This document shows, in pieces, positions 47,232 through 56,771 of a stretch of 64,000 nucleotides of DNA; within the stretch, counting starts at the first letter, position 1; every line of letters starts with the position of its first letter. This stretch comes from Candidatus Daviesbacteria bacterium (GTDB taxonomy: Bacteria; Patescibacteriota; Microgenomatia; Daviesbacterales; UBA10151). Where the stretch lies: the NCBI GenBank assembly GCA_016186955.1, contig JACPKP010000004.1, positions 5,942-69,941 on the forward strand, in the 5' to 3' direction. A program made the translations under genes and the position numbers. Below the pieces are notes generated by a model that was given only the letters and a program-made list of their open reading frames with translations, had not been told where the DNA came from and did not search any database.

Positions 47232-47557
47232 ACAAAAAAACCAGCCAAATCTAGTCTTGGCCGGTTATAATTGATGATGTTTCGCAGCTCTAAAACGCAT
47301 GCTATTGACCATCCGTCTTATTGCTCCGCATCACCCAAGGCGCTGTTAGACTAAATTCAGCATAACATAAGGTTCCTGTTCTTGCAACAAAAAAAGAAAA
47401 AGACCCCATTGCTGAGGTCTTAACCCGAAAGATTCTATTGCTAGAAACTTTCTAACTCTATAGCTTACGCCATAAAGCTAATTTTAATTTATACTAATTG
47501 TGCTTTTTTGTAAAGCACATGTACAATCGTTGTTATAAATCTATTGTCTTTTTAGGC

Positions 47558-48056
47558 TTAATTGCCCCCTTTGAGATACCTGTCAAAAAATTCAACCGAG
47601 TGTTCCATAGCGGTGTCGAAACTATTAGTTAAGTTATGGTCATCACCCTCATAAGGATAGAATTCAACAAGTTTGTTAACCTCTTGAAGTTGGCTATTCA
47701 ATTTCTCTGAGAAATTGAAAGGAACGTGAGAGTCGTCTTTTGCGTGGTGCAGCTGAATAGGCCCGGAAATGTCTGCTAAATAAGAGTTTGCCGAGATTGA
47801 GTTCCAAAAGGGGATTTTGTTCCGGAGTACCATACTGGTCGATAAGATTTTGCCTCCATGAGGTTGCCCAATGCGGTGTGCGTCTCCAATTATTGACTAA
47901 ATCAGAATAAGAACCAACCACCCCTATACTGGTTGTAACTGCTCCCCGAAGGAAGGGTTTGCTCAAGTGTAATCTCACTGCCCGGATAAGTCTGCTGTCG
48001 CATGTATTCAATTGACAACGGATGGAGCTTTTCTTCCAAACCGCCTTGATCCTCAC
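47558..48056 (-). pseudogene. alpha/beta-hydrolase (S9 peptidase-like) remnant
   Basis: The C-terminal fragment contains the catalytic-His region LHHAKDDSHVPF. Upstream frames are broken, with overlapping ORFs 47694..48056 and 47558..47833 in different frames. Confidence 0.4.
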
Positions 48057-48057
48057 T

Positions 48058-48747
48058 CTACTTTCTTTTTAACTTCCTGATGATACTTGCCCTGATTTCG
48101 CCGTCAACTAATATATGGTGTAGAGCCGGTAATACGGAGGCAATAACGATCAGTCCAACAATTGGCAGGAGATATTTATCAACATCCGGGATCAGGCTTC
48201 CTAAGTAATATCCTGCCAGAGTTACCCCAATTGCCCAAAGAACAGCTCCAAAAAAATTGAAGAAAACAAACCTTTTGTAATACATCTTACCGGCCCCTGC
48301 AACAACCGGGGCAAATGCGCGAATAACCGGAATAAACCTTGCCAAAATGATAGTTTTACCTCCGTGTTTATCATAAAATCTCTGAGCCCTTTCCAGGTGC
48401 TTTTTATGAAAGAAGATTGAATTATTTTTGCTAAAAATCTTAGGTCCTAAGTTTGCTCCGATTAGATAACCAATGCTGTCACCTGCAATCGCGGCCACAA
48501 AGCAACCTGCAATTAAAATTTTAATATCAAGGTATCCTTGAGATGCTAAAAATCCGGCTGTAAAGAGAAGACTATCTCCGGGAAAAAAGAAACCAATCAA
48601 GAGACCTGATTCTAAAAAAACTATGGTAAAAACTCCCAAATACCCAATTGCTTGAATCAGAGAAGCCAGATCAAAATACATAAAAGTAAGTATAGCAGAA
48701 AAGGGACTTGGAGAATGTAATTGTGCCATAACAGGCGAACAACACAT
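48058..48747 (-). CDS. dedA: DedA family membrane protein
   Basis: GFFFPGDSLLFTAGFLASQG is the DedA/SNARE-associated signature. Confidence 0.8.
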   Translation of the reverse strand: MCCSPVMAQLHSPSPFSAILTFMYFDLASLIQAIGYLGVFTIVFLESGLLIGFFFPGDSLLFTAGFLASQGYLDIKILIAGCFVAAIAGDSIGYLIGANLGPKIFSKNNSIFFHKKHLERAQRFYDKHGGKTIILARFIPVIRAFAPVVAGAGKMYYKRFVFFNFFGAVLWAIGVTLAGYYLGSLIPDVDKYLLPIVGLIVIASVLPALHHILVDGEIRASIIRKLKRK

Positions 48748-48844
48748 TAAAAAATATAAAAATGGAGCTAATCAAACATTTATTTACTATAGATGCACTA
48801 AAAAAATAAAACCCTGTTCTCAAAAATACATTTCAGAACCTGAA

Positions 48845-49431
48845 TTGGAGGGACAAGTAAGAAAAATAGTCTCTGATTGTGCGCTACCCCAAGAATGGGC
48901 TGATGATTGGTATAAATGGATGGAAAAAGATGAGAAAAAAGAACTAATACTTTCTGATGAAAATATTAAGAGGTTAAAAGATGAAGTTAAATCTTTAGAT
49001 AAAAAGTTAAATATCCTGCTGGACAGCTACTTAGATCAAGCTATTGATGCTGAAACTTATAAACCAAAAAGAACGAATTTTTCAATGAAAAATTAAAATT
49101 GGAGGAAGAAATAACAAAAATAAAGACAGACGGTTCGAGTTGGCTCGAACCTATGAAAGAGTGGTTAGGTAGCGCACTTTCGTGCGCAAAAATCGCGCGC
49201 ACAAAAAATACATGCTCCGATTTAGCAATCGGAGCAAAAACTGTCGGCTCGAACTTCTTTTTACTTAACCGCCGGCTGCTGGTAAATTATGAAAAGCCTT
49301 TTGCAGCACTCTGCGCGCCCCCACCCGCGCAGAGAAATTCCGAAGCTTTGGCTTCAAAATCCCTTTCGGTACCGCCTACGGGATTCGAACCCGTGATTAC
49401 TGGGATGAAAACCCAGCGTCCTAACCACTAG
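48845..49431 (+). pseudogene. remnant of a large serine recombinase C-terminal region, ending across tRNA-Glu
   Basis: Two short ORFs. DENIKRLKDEVKSLDKKLNILLDSYLDQAIDAETY resembles the coiled-coil DxYxDGxIxxEEY region of serine integrases. The last ORF reads through the tRNA-Glu complement, as the intact recombinase does at tRNA-Gly. Confidence 0.4.
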
Positions 49432-49442
49432 ACGAAGGCGGC
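49370..49442 (-). tRNA. tRNA-Glu (anticodon TTC)
   Basis: Reverse complement gives GCCGCCT-TC-GTCT-AGTGGTTAG-GAC-G-CTGGG-TTTTCAT-CCCAG-TAAT-CACGGG-TTCGAAT-CCCGT-AGGCGGT-A. Confidence 0.8.
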
Positions 49443-49516
49443 TCGTTACACTCGTCACTTATAAATTTTAACAAAATTTACCTTAAATAACCAGTTTACA
49501 AGCATGACTTAAAGGC

Positions 49517-51298
49517 TCATTTCGTACCGTTTAAATCAACTTTTCTGATCCGGACATTTTTTGGGGTGACTTCAACCAGTTCCGTATCATTAATATATTC
49601 TAAGGCATCTTCCAAATCCATAATTTTTGGTGCATTAAAATGTTCGGATACGCCTTCACCGCTGGAACAGTGGTTAGTCTGTTGTTTTTCCTTGCATACA
49701 TTAACACTCATATCGCCTGCTCTGGCGTTTTGGCCGATTACCTGTCCCTTGTAAACCGTAGTTCCCGGCTGAATAAAAACAATCCCCCTGCTTTGGATTG
49801 AGGCAAGCCCGTAAAGTTTGGTTATCCCGTTTTCATGCACAACCAGCGAACCCCTTTCCCTTTGGTAGTTTTGTCCCAAATCCTGCCTAAACTCAAAAAA
49901 GTTTGCATTTATTATTCCCGTACCTTTGGTATCGGTAATAAATTCACTTCTATACCCAAAAAGTTCTTTTGTTGCAATAAGAAACTCTAAAAATACAATC
50001 CCATTTTCCCGGCTCATCTCCTGCAAAACTCCATGGCGCAGCCCCATTTTTTGCATGACCACGCCCTGATAAAGTTCCGGGACTTCTATAAAAACCCGTT
50101 CAAAAGGGGTTATTACTTTCCCGTCACTTATTTTTTCTATCACCTTAGGTCTGGAAACCTGAAACTCAAAACCCTCACGCCTTAAACGCTCAATTAGAAT
50201 TGCCAGGTGCAATTCACCTCTCCCGCAAACTTCCCAGCCTATCCCGTTGTCGGAAACTTTTAGCGCCACATCATCGTCGGCAGCTTTGTAAAGCCGCTCC
50301 CTGATCTGTCTGGAAGTTTTAAACTCCCCCTCTTTTCCGGCAAATGGGGAGGTGTTTACCCCAAAAGTCATTATGACGGTAGGCTCTTCTATAGATAAAA
50401 GCGGTTGGGGCGGTGTACCAATTTCATCGGTAATTGTTTCACCGATAGTTATATCAGTGATTCCTGAAAAGGCTATAATGTCTCCGGCTCCGGCTTCATT
50501 TACGGCAATTTTTTCCAGTCCTTCAAAAACAATTAAAGAAGTTAAGCGGAATTTAAATCTCTCGCCCTCCCTGTTTATTTGTATAACATCCTGGTTGGCT
50601 TTAATCCTTCCGTTGATAATCCGGCCGGTTGCAATCCGGCCTTTAAAATTATCAGACGCAATAGAGGTGACCAAAACCTGGAGCGGTTTATCCGGGTTAC
50701 CTTTGGGAGAGGGGATATGTTTTATAACCGCTTCAAAAACAGGTGTTATATCTGCCATTGCCGGTAAATCAGGTTTGTTTCCGGCAACGCCATTTTTTGC
50801 CGAGGCGTAGATAATGGGAAAATAAGCGCTTTCCTCATCTGCCCCAAGTTCTATAAAAAGGTCAAAAGTTTTACTTATCACATGATCTATCCTGGCGTCA
50901 GGCCTGTCTATCTTGTTGATTACAACAATAATTTTTAATCCCAGAGCTAAAGCCTCCTGTAAAACAAACCTTGTCTGTGGCATAGGGCCCTCTTTTGCAT
51001 CCACCAAAAGCAGGCAGCCATCCACAAGTTTTAAAACGCGTTCAACCTCCCCGCCAAAATCCGCATGTCCGGGTGTGTCAACAATGTTAATTTTAGTTCC
51101 GCGGTAATTTACGGAAGCGTTTTTTGAAAAAATAGTTATGCCCCGTTCTTTTTCAAGCTCGTTGCTGTCCATAATCAAATTTTTGCCGTCAAATTCTTTG
51201 GAAAGTTTCGTTTGGGTTTGGCGGAGCAGGGCATCCACCAGAGTGGTTTTGCCATGGTCAACGTGGGCAATGATCGCTACGTTCCTTAAATTATTCAC
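49517..51298 (-). CDS. typA: translational GTPase TypA/BipA
   Basis: [20 protein letters not shown] and DTPGHADF G-motifs in the EF-G-like domain order. 593 aa. Confidence 0.9.
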   Translation of the reverse strand: MNNLRNVAIIAHVDHGKTTLVDALLRQTQTKLSKEFDGKNLIMDSNELEKERGITIFSKNASVNYRGTKINIVDTPGHADFGGEVERVLKLVDGCLLLVDAKEGPMPQTRFVLQEALALGLKIIVVINKIDRPDARIDHVISKTFDLFIELGADEESAYFPIIYASAKNGVAGNKPDLPAMADITPVFEAVIKHIPSPKGNPDKPLQVLVTSIASDNFKGRIATGRIINGRIKANQDVIQINREGERFKFRLTSLIVFEGLEKIAVNEAGAGDIIAFSGITDITIGETITDEIGTPPQPLLSIEEPTVIMTFGVNTSPFAGKEGEFKTSRQIRERLYKAADDDVALKVSDNGIGWEVCGRGELHLAILIERLRREGFEFQVSRPKVIEKISDGKVITPFERVFIEVPELYQGVVMQKMGLRHGVLQEMSRENGIVFLEFLIATKELFGYRSEFITDTKGTGIINANFFEFRQDLGQNYQRERGSLVVHENGITKLYGLASIQSRGIVFIQPGTTVYKGQVIGQNARAGDMSVNVCKEKQQTNHCSSGEGVSEHFNAPKIMDLEDALEYINDTELVEVTPKNVRIRKVDLNGTK

Positions 51299-51337
51299 AA
51301 GAATTTAATTATAACGGATTACACAAAATATAGCAAA

Positions 51338-52012
51338 CTATGGGGTAGATTCCTGCACAAACTTACAATAAGAACAATCCCCGGAAGAATCAGGAATTTT
51401 TCCGTCCAGAATTTTTTTTGCTTCCATTATTTTATCCTCAACCCATGAGTCATTACCATCATAAGGCTGTACTTTAATATCAAAACTTAAATTGCCTTTT
51501 TTAAAACCCTTCTCCTTATTTACCCTGCAATAGACAAAATATCCCCTGTCCAAAACCTTAAACTTATTTTTTCTTAAGATCCACTGGTAGATTTCCATCT
51601 GGCGTTTGTAACTCTCATATAACTCTCCCTCTTTGGCGCCTGATGCTTTGTAGTCAACCACCATAAGGCTGCCTTTGGAGTCTACCCAGATGTCATCAAC
51701 CGCTCCAAACACTAAAAAATCAGTTTTTTTATGATGATACTGGATCCCGGTAAAAGTATTCCGCCATCTATCTATATCGTTGTGCATAAAGGGGATGGCG
51801 TCAATGCCTTCGCGGGTAATAAGGTAATGGGCTGTGCCGTTTTTGCGGTGTCCGTCAAATTCATTTTTGAGAAGAAAATCTACAGCATTGTTAATTGTGT
51901 AAGGAGCACCGAATGGGCGAGCAATACCCTTGCCGGCGTAAAGCCAGAAACAACGGGGACAGTCAAATAATAATTCTAATTTAGACCTCGATAATTTAAT
52001 CATATGGTTCAA
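51338..52012 (-). CDS. Cas4-like/RecB-family PD-(D/E)XK nuclease (DUF83), stand-alone
   Basis: N-terminal CPRC and C-terminal CSYC cysteines (Fe-S cluster pattern), VVDYK (D..K catalytic) and EIYQWIL (QxxxY) motifs. Confidence 0.55.
   Translation of the reverse strand: MNHMIKLSRSKLELLFDCPRCFWLYAGKGIARPFGAPYTINNAVDFLLKNEFDGHRKNGTAHYLITREGIDAIPFMHNDIDRWRNTFTGIQYHHKKTDFLVFGAVDDIWVDSKGSLMVVDYKASGAKEGELYESYKRQMEIYQWILRKNKFKVLDRGYFVYCRVNKEKGFKKGNLSFDIKVQPYDGNDSWVEDKIMEAKKILDGKIPDSSGDCSYCKFVQESTP
51946..52003. repeat. direct repeat copy 1 (native 5' end of the Cas4-like gene)
   Basis: 58 nt. All but 2-3 positions match 53104..53161. Confidence 0.85.
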
Positions 52013-52036
52013 AATTGAGATAGTTTGATCTAACTA

Positions 52037-53083
52037 TTATTTTCTTTTTTTACTTTTATCAACCAGCTTAACTGCTTTATTTGCAAAAGTCTCAAAATCC
52101 TTATCCGCCTTACTTAGATTTTTTAAACGGTTTTTGTAATAAACATTATATTCTTTTTCTGCCAATTCTTTTGCCAGTTCGTGCGAAATTTTGCCGGCGT
52201 CTTTTAAGATTTCTTTGTTATTGATCTGCAAAAAACTATTCAGCTTATCAATCCAATCTTTCATATACATTGGCACCCTCTGAATTGCCTGTCCCTGGGC
52301 AAACACAAGATATTGCTCGACAAGATTATTTAACACAAGAAGCTCTTGCTCGTTCAAGTAATTTTTGGCAATCACCACTTCTTCTTTTGTCGGTTTATTG
52401 CCTCTAAAGTTTGTTAATCCTACGTTTGGTTTTTTGCTATTCACTCTACCGGCAACTATTTCCGCAGCCGTACTTCCCGTAATCGCGTAATGGACTTTGT
52501 TTTGCACTGTTTTAAAAAATAGAATGCTTTGTTCGTCGGTCGGGTCATAGTCCACGCTGGTGGCATAAATATCAGTAATTTTCCTATAAAATCGTTTTTC
52601 AGAAGTGCGAATGTCCGCGATTCGTCGCGTCAAATCTTCAAAATAATCAAACGGCAAATCAGGATTTTTTAATCGCTCATCATCCAATACAAACCCTTTG
52701 ACAATATATTCGCGCAAGCGCGCTGTTGCCCACTGACGAAACGAAGTAGCAATAGAGCTTTTGACACGGTAACCTATAGAAATGATCAAATCCAAATTAT
52801 AGTATTCTAAATTTCGCGAAACCTCACGCTCACCTTCTTTTTGAACTGTTAAGTAATTCTTAACAGTTGCATTTTGAACTAACTCGCCTTCTCCAAAAAT
52901 ATTTTTTACATGCAGGCTAATATTATTTTTTGTTGTTTGAAACAGTTCTGCTAAAGCATTTTGAGTAAGCCACACCGTATCTCCGTCAAAACGCACATCA
53001 ATTTTTGTTTGCCCGTCTTCGGCTTTATAAATAATGATTTGTGATTTTTGATTGTTTGTTTTTATTCCTTTACTCTTAGACAT
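52037..53083 (-). CDS. rhuM: RhuM family virulence-associated protein
   Basis: IIIYKAEDGQTKIDVRFDGDTVWLTQNALAELFQTTKNNISLHVKNIF matches the RhuM N-terminal signature. Confidence 0.75.
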   Translation of the reverse strand: MSKSKGIKTNNQKSQIIIYKAEDGQTKIDVRFDGDTVWLTQNALAELFQTTKNNISLHVKNIFGEGELVQNATVKNYLTVQKEGEREVSRNLEYYNLDLIISIGYRVKSSIATSFRQWATARLREYIVKGFVLDDERLKNPDLPFDYFEDLTRRIADIRTSEKRFYRKITDIYATSVDYDPTDEQSILFFKTVQNKVHYAITGSTAAEIVAGRVNSKKPNVGLTNFRGNKPTKEEVVIAKNYLNEQELLVLNNLVEQYLVFAQGQAIQRVPMYMKDWIDKLNSFLQINNKEILKDAGKISHELAKELAEKEYNVYYKNRLKNLSKADKDFETFANKAVKLVDKSKKRK

Positions 53084-53103
53084 ATTATTTTTTATATCGT
53101 TTC

Positions 53104-53161
53104 AGAAACAACGGGGATAATCAAATAATAATTCTAATTTAGACCTCGATAATTTAATCAT
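53104..53161. repeat. direct repeat copy 2 (duplicated Cas4-like 5' end upstream of rhuM)
   Basis: Encodes the leader peptide MIKLSRSKLELLFDYPRCF*, which ends 16 nt before the rhuM ATG. Confidence 0.85.
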
Positions 53162-53252
53162 TTATTTTCCTCCAAACCCTTTATTTCCATAGTTTACGCT
53201 ATTTGCCTGGTAGATAATTCTGCCAAAGCCGTAAAAATAAGCTCTGCCTCAG

Positions 53253-53480
53253 TCATACGCTTGCTTGCATTTTCAGTTGGTCACATTTTGTGATAGACTC
53301 ACTTCCTTCATGCTTTAAACGGTTTTTAAGTGTGGTCCAATAACTTTGCGCTTTTTTGAAATTGGGTTGTTCAGTAAGAACAGATATAATATCGATCACT
53401 GAAAAATACCATTTTTCCTTTTTCCCGTCCCATTCCCTGCGGATATTCTTGCCTTTAAAAACAGACAGTTGAACATTCAT
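53253..53480 (-). CDS. Bro-N domain-like small protein
   Basis: FKGKNIRREWDGKKEKWYFSVIDIISVL resembles the Bro-N pattern F....iR....dge.WF...D...vL. Confidence 0.4.
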   Translation of the reverse strand: MNVQLSVFKGKNIRREWDGKKEKWYFSVIDIISVLTEQPNFKKAQSYWTTLKNRLKHEGSESITKCDQLKMQASV

Positions 53481-53676
53481 TGTTTAAATATAAACCATAA
53501 ATTACCCGAAAGTCAATACTTCAATTTCACTCAGCATTGACCCTTAGGGAGAGCGAAGTGAGATTTATCCGGAGAGGTGTGAACTTATCCGCCAGCCGGC
53601 GGACAAATAAAGGGTGGATTTTTTCTTATAACTCTGAGTTTGCCGAAGGGCTATTCCAAGTGGAAGGTGGTTTTGC

Positions 53677-53904
53677 TCACAAAATACCCTGACTTTTGAG
53701 TTCCTGAAATAAGGTAACTGATCTTTCAAGGCCTGAAATTTTTAATGCATCTACATCTCTTCCGTCCCTGAGTTCTTTAATTGCAACATAGGCAAAGTTT
53801 TGTTTAATCCTTGACTCAATTTTTTTACCAATGAGAAGAGTCTTGACTAATCCGTCGTCGGAATAAATTTCTCCCTTAAGAACATCAAGAATAGTTTTAG
53901 CCAT
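53677..53904 (-). CDS. hypothetical small protein
   Basis: 75-aa ORF. Confidence 0.3.
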   Translation of the reverse strand: MAKTILDVLKGEIYSDDGLVKTLLIGKKIESRIKQNFAYVAIKELRDGRDVDALKISGLERSVTLFQELKSQGIL

Positions 53905-54398
53905 ATTATCTATATCCCGCGATTTATAATCTTTTTCCGAGGTAAAATATTGAATGATAAAGATAAATACTTCATTATTTGTGGGGAACTATGGAGTAAC
54001 TCTTAGCGCTTTGCCCAATCGCTCAAGAAAATTTTGTTTGAATGCTTTAAGAGAGGTTTTTTCATCTGCTCTAATCTCTTTTGAAAAAGAGTCTTGTTTA
54101 TACGCTTGTTGAGTTGAGGGAATAATTTCGCCAATGCCAATATCAAAGTCGATTGACGTTTTAGATTGACGTTTTAGGCTGCTTATTCTTCTTTGGCATG
54201 AAATTTTATACTAAGTGGCAGTTACAGTATATAGTTGGGTACCAGCTTTTGTATGAACTTTTTCTACAGCGTTCTCTGGTACTTCTTTACCGGCTTTTGT
54301 GAAGAACGAGACTTGAGCAGGATTATCTTTATATTTAGTCGCAATAAAACAAATAATTTGTTCCAGGGTCATGGTTTGGTCTTGTAACCAATAGCATT

Positions 54399-54650
54399 CT
54401 ATTCATTGATATAGATCTTTCCCTCTATCATAGCTTTGAGGAATTCAAGTTCACTCTCGACAATCTCCTTTCCTATTTTATTTCCGGCCTCAACATTTTC
54501 TATTAATTCGTCTCTAGTAAAATCTCCGGTATTCCCAATTACGACATTGAGTTCGTCTGAGGATGTTTTAAGACGCTCTATCACTAATTTTTTTAATTCT
54601 TCATCTGCATCAAATGATGGTGTTTTTTTTACTATTTTTTCTTCATTCAT
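54399..54650 (-). CDS. hypothetical small acidic protein (downstream partner of an overlapping pair)
   Basis: 83-aa ORF. Its start overlaps the upstream ORF stop (ATGA). Confidence 0.35.
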   Translation of the reverse strand: MNEEKIVKKTPSFDADEELKKLVIERLKTSSDELNVVIGNTGDFTRDELIENVEAGNKIGKEIVESELEFLKAMIEGKIYINE

Positions 54651-54853
54651 ATGAGTATTTTCATTTGAGTTAATTTTTCTAGTATTTCTTTGCCTTTGAG
54701 GGTATTTTTATCTACTTCTAACCATGCTGCGTTCCAAGTTAAAGGCTGACCATCAATAATAACTATTACCCGATCACGTTCGTTTAAAGGTAAATTAGCG
54801 TAGATCTTTAAAAATTTTGATCTTGTATCCATTAATAAGCAATATAATACCAA
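54647..54853 (-). CDS. hypothetical small protein (upstream partner of an overlapping pair)
   Basis: 68-aa ORF. Confidence 0.35.
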   Translation of the reverse strand: MVLYCLLMDTRSKFLKIYANLPLNERDRVIVIIDGQPLTWNAAWLEVDKNTLKGKEILEKLTQMKILI

Positions 54854-55066
54854 AATTCTGTTACATTTACATTCATTTCAATTTTTTCCTTCCACAATTG
54901 CAATTTCTTCCGGCGTCAATCCGTAGAGTTGATAAACTAATTGCTGGATTTGTTTTTTTGTTTCACATTATACTGCATATCCCGCCAGAATCAGGGACTA
55001 TTAAAAACCTGCCAAAAGATTAAAACCTTAGGTAGGTTTTATAGTATCATACACCAAATAATAAGT

Positions 55067-55495
55067 ATGGACAAATTTTCTAAAGAGAAGCGAAGTTTCA
55101 TCATGTCGCGGATTAAAGGTAAAAATACAGGTATAGAGTTAATTGTAAGAAAAAAGCTGTGGGCTTTAGGGTTTAGAGGGTATAGGATCCATTCATCCAA
55201 AGTTTTAGGGAATCCGGACATTACTTTTGGGAAGAAAAAAATTGCCATCTTTTTGGATGGTGATTTTTGGCATGGTTATGTCCTTAAGGAAAGGGCAGGG
55301 AAGTTGCCCATATACTGGTTAAATAAGATCAAGGGGAATATGGGTCGCGATGAAAAATATTCAAAAGAGTTAAGGGGTCAAGGTTGGAAAGTAATAAGGC
55401 TTTGGGAACACGAAATCACGGAAAACTTTGATAAGGCGGTTGCTAAAATTGTAAAGGCTCTTGGAGGGGTAAATACGGCCTGTCAAATTCCTTGA
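55067..55495 (+). CDS. vsr: very short patch repair endonuclease
   Basis: MDKFSKEKRSFIMSRIKGKNTGIELIVRKKLWALGFRGYRIH...IAIFLDGDFWHG matches Vsr. The ORF track starts at 54941, but the Met at 55067 fits the family. Confidence 0.8.
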   Translation: MDKFSKEKRSFIMSRIKGKNTGIELIVRKKLWALGFRGYRIHSSKVLGNPDITFGKKKIAIFLDGDFWHGYVLKERAGKLPIYWLNKIKGNMGRDEKYSKELRGQGWKVIRLWEHEITENFDKAVAKIVKALGGVNTACQIP

Positions 55496-56750
55496 ATTTA
55501 TCCATACTTACATCCTCAAATTTATTATTATCTAACATGGCTATTACACATTGCCCTATATGGTAACCTAGGTTTACAGGGACAGCATTTCCTATTTGTT
55601 TATATTGAGAGCTGGTTGATCCAACAAATTCCCAATCATCAGGAAAAGTTTGTAGCCTGGCATATTCCCTTATTGCCAAAGGCCGTGTTTCCTCCGGGTG
55701 GCAACGTTCGGTTTGTTTCTGGGCAGGCGCACAAGTTAAAGTTAAGCTGGGTTCATTCCAGGATAGGCGTCTTGCCATACCAGTTTTTCCACCACCTAAA
55801 TAGAAACTTTTTCCCATATACTCTTTTTGTAATCCAATAGGTAATGACTTCCAGTATCCACCAGGTGGGACTAATTCCATAATCTTCTTTTTTTTCTCCG
55901 GGTATTGTTGGCCTGGTGATTTTGGGCAACCTCTTAGCGCTTCGCGTAATGAAATTGTATAATCTTTTTCCTTTGGGAAAATGAATGGGATGTTTAAATC
56001 CTTTCGGATGGCAATAATTACCAACCTTTCCCTTTTTTGTGGGACATCCAGGTATTGTGACTTAAGAATTCGGTAAGCAACTTTATATCCTAAATCCCCT
56101 AAACTTTTAACCATTGTAGCTAAAGTCTTACCACTGTCGTGCATTAATAACCCCCTGACATTTTCACCTATCGCTATTTTAGGGTTAGTTTCCTCCACAC
56201 ACCTAGCGAACTGGAAGAACATTGTCCCTCTTATGTCGCCAAAACCTAAACCTTTTCCTGCATAGCTGAATGATTGGCATGGGAAGCCTCCCTGAACTAT
56301 ATTGACTTTACCTACCCATTTCCTAAAGTCGACATTTGCTACATCACCTTGGAGGATATTCCAGCTTGGCCGGTTTTTCTTTAGAGTCTCTACGCAATTT
56401 TTATCGATTTCGTTTAGGAGGATATGGTTTATACCTGCATTTTCAAAGCCTAGTGCAGTACCTCCTGCACCTGCGAACAGTTCAATAGCTGTGTATTTTG
56501 TCTTTTTGCCTGATTTCAGTATGCGGAAGTTATTGATAGTACTTGTTCCTTTAACCTTGGTTTGCACCCGCTGGAGTTCATCTATACTAAAGAGGCGGTA
56601 ATTGTGGTCTGACCTGGCTGATTTTATTAATCCCTTTTTCTCCCATCTTCTTATGGTATCAACAGAAACATCCAGTTTCTGGGCAGCCACATGGATAGTA
56701 AGCAGTTTATTCACTAAACTTATAATAATAGTAACCAATGCATAATGCAA
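55443..56750 (-). CDS. dcm: DNA (cytosine-5)-methyltransferase with N-terminal MerR-like HTH
   Basis: Motif I ELFAGAGGTALGF, motif IV GGFPCQSFSYAGK (PCQ), motif VI ENV. Converges with vsr and overlaps it by about 50 nt. Confidence 0.85.
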   Translation of the reverse strand: MHYALVTIIISLVNKLLTIHVAAQKLDVSVDTIRRWEKKGLIKSARSDHNYRLFSIDELQRVQTKVKGTSTINNFRILKSGKKTKYTAIELFAGAGGTALGFENAGINHILLNEIDKNCVETLKKNRPSWNILQGDVANVDFRKWVGKVNIVQGGFPCQSFSYAGKGLGFGDIRGTMFFQFARCVEETNPKIAIGENVRGLLMHDSGKTLATMVKSLGDLGYKVAYRILKSQYLDVPQKRERLVIIAIRKDLNIPFIFPKEKDYTISLREALRGCPKSPGQQYPEKKKKIMELVPPGGYWKSLPIGLQKEYMGKSFYLGGGKTGMARRLSWNEPSLTLTCAPAQKQTERCHPEETRPLAIREYARLQTFPDDWEFVGSTSSQYKQIGNAVPVNLGYHIGQCVIAMLDNNKFEDVSMDKFKEFDRPYLPLQEPLQF

Positions 56751-56771
56751 GGGTTATAATTATTACAGGAC

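Noticed and set aside
49099-49431. 110-aa ORF overlapping tRNA-Glu, considered as a stand-alone gene
   Set aside because: Its C-terminus is simply the complement of the tRNA and its N-terminus continues the upstream fragment. It is interpreted as part of a decayed recombinase remnant, not an independent gene.
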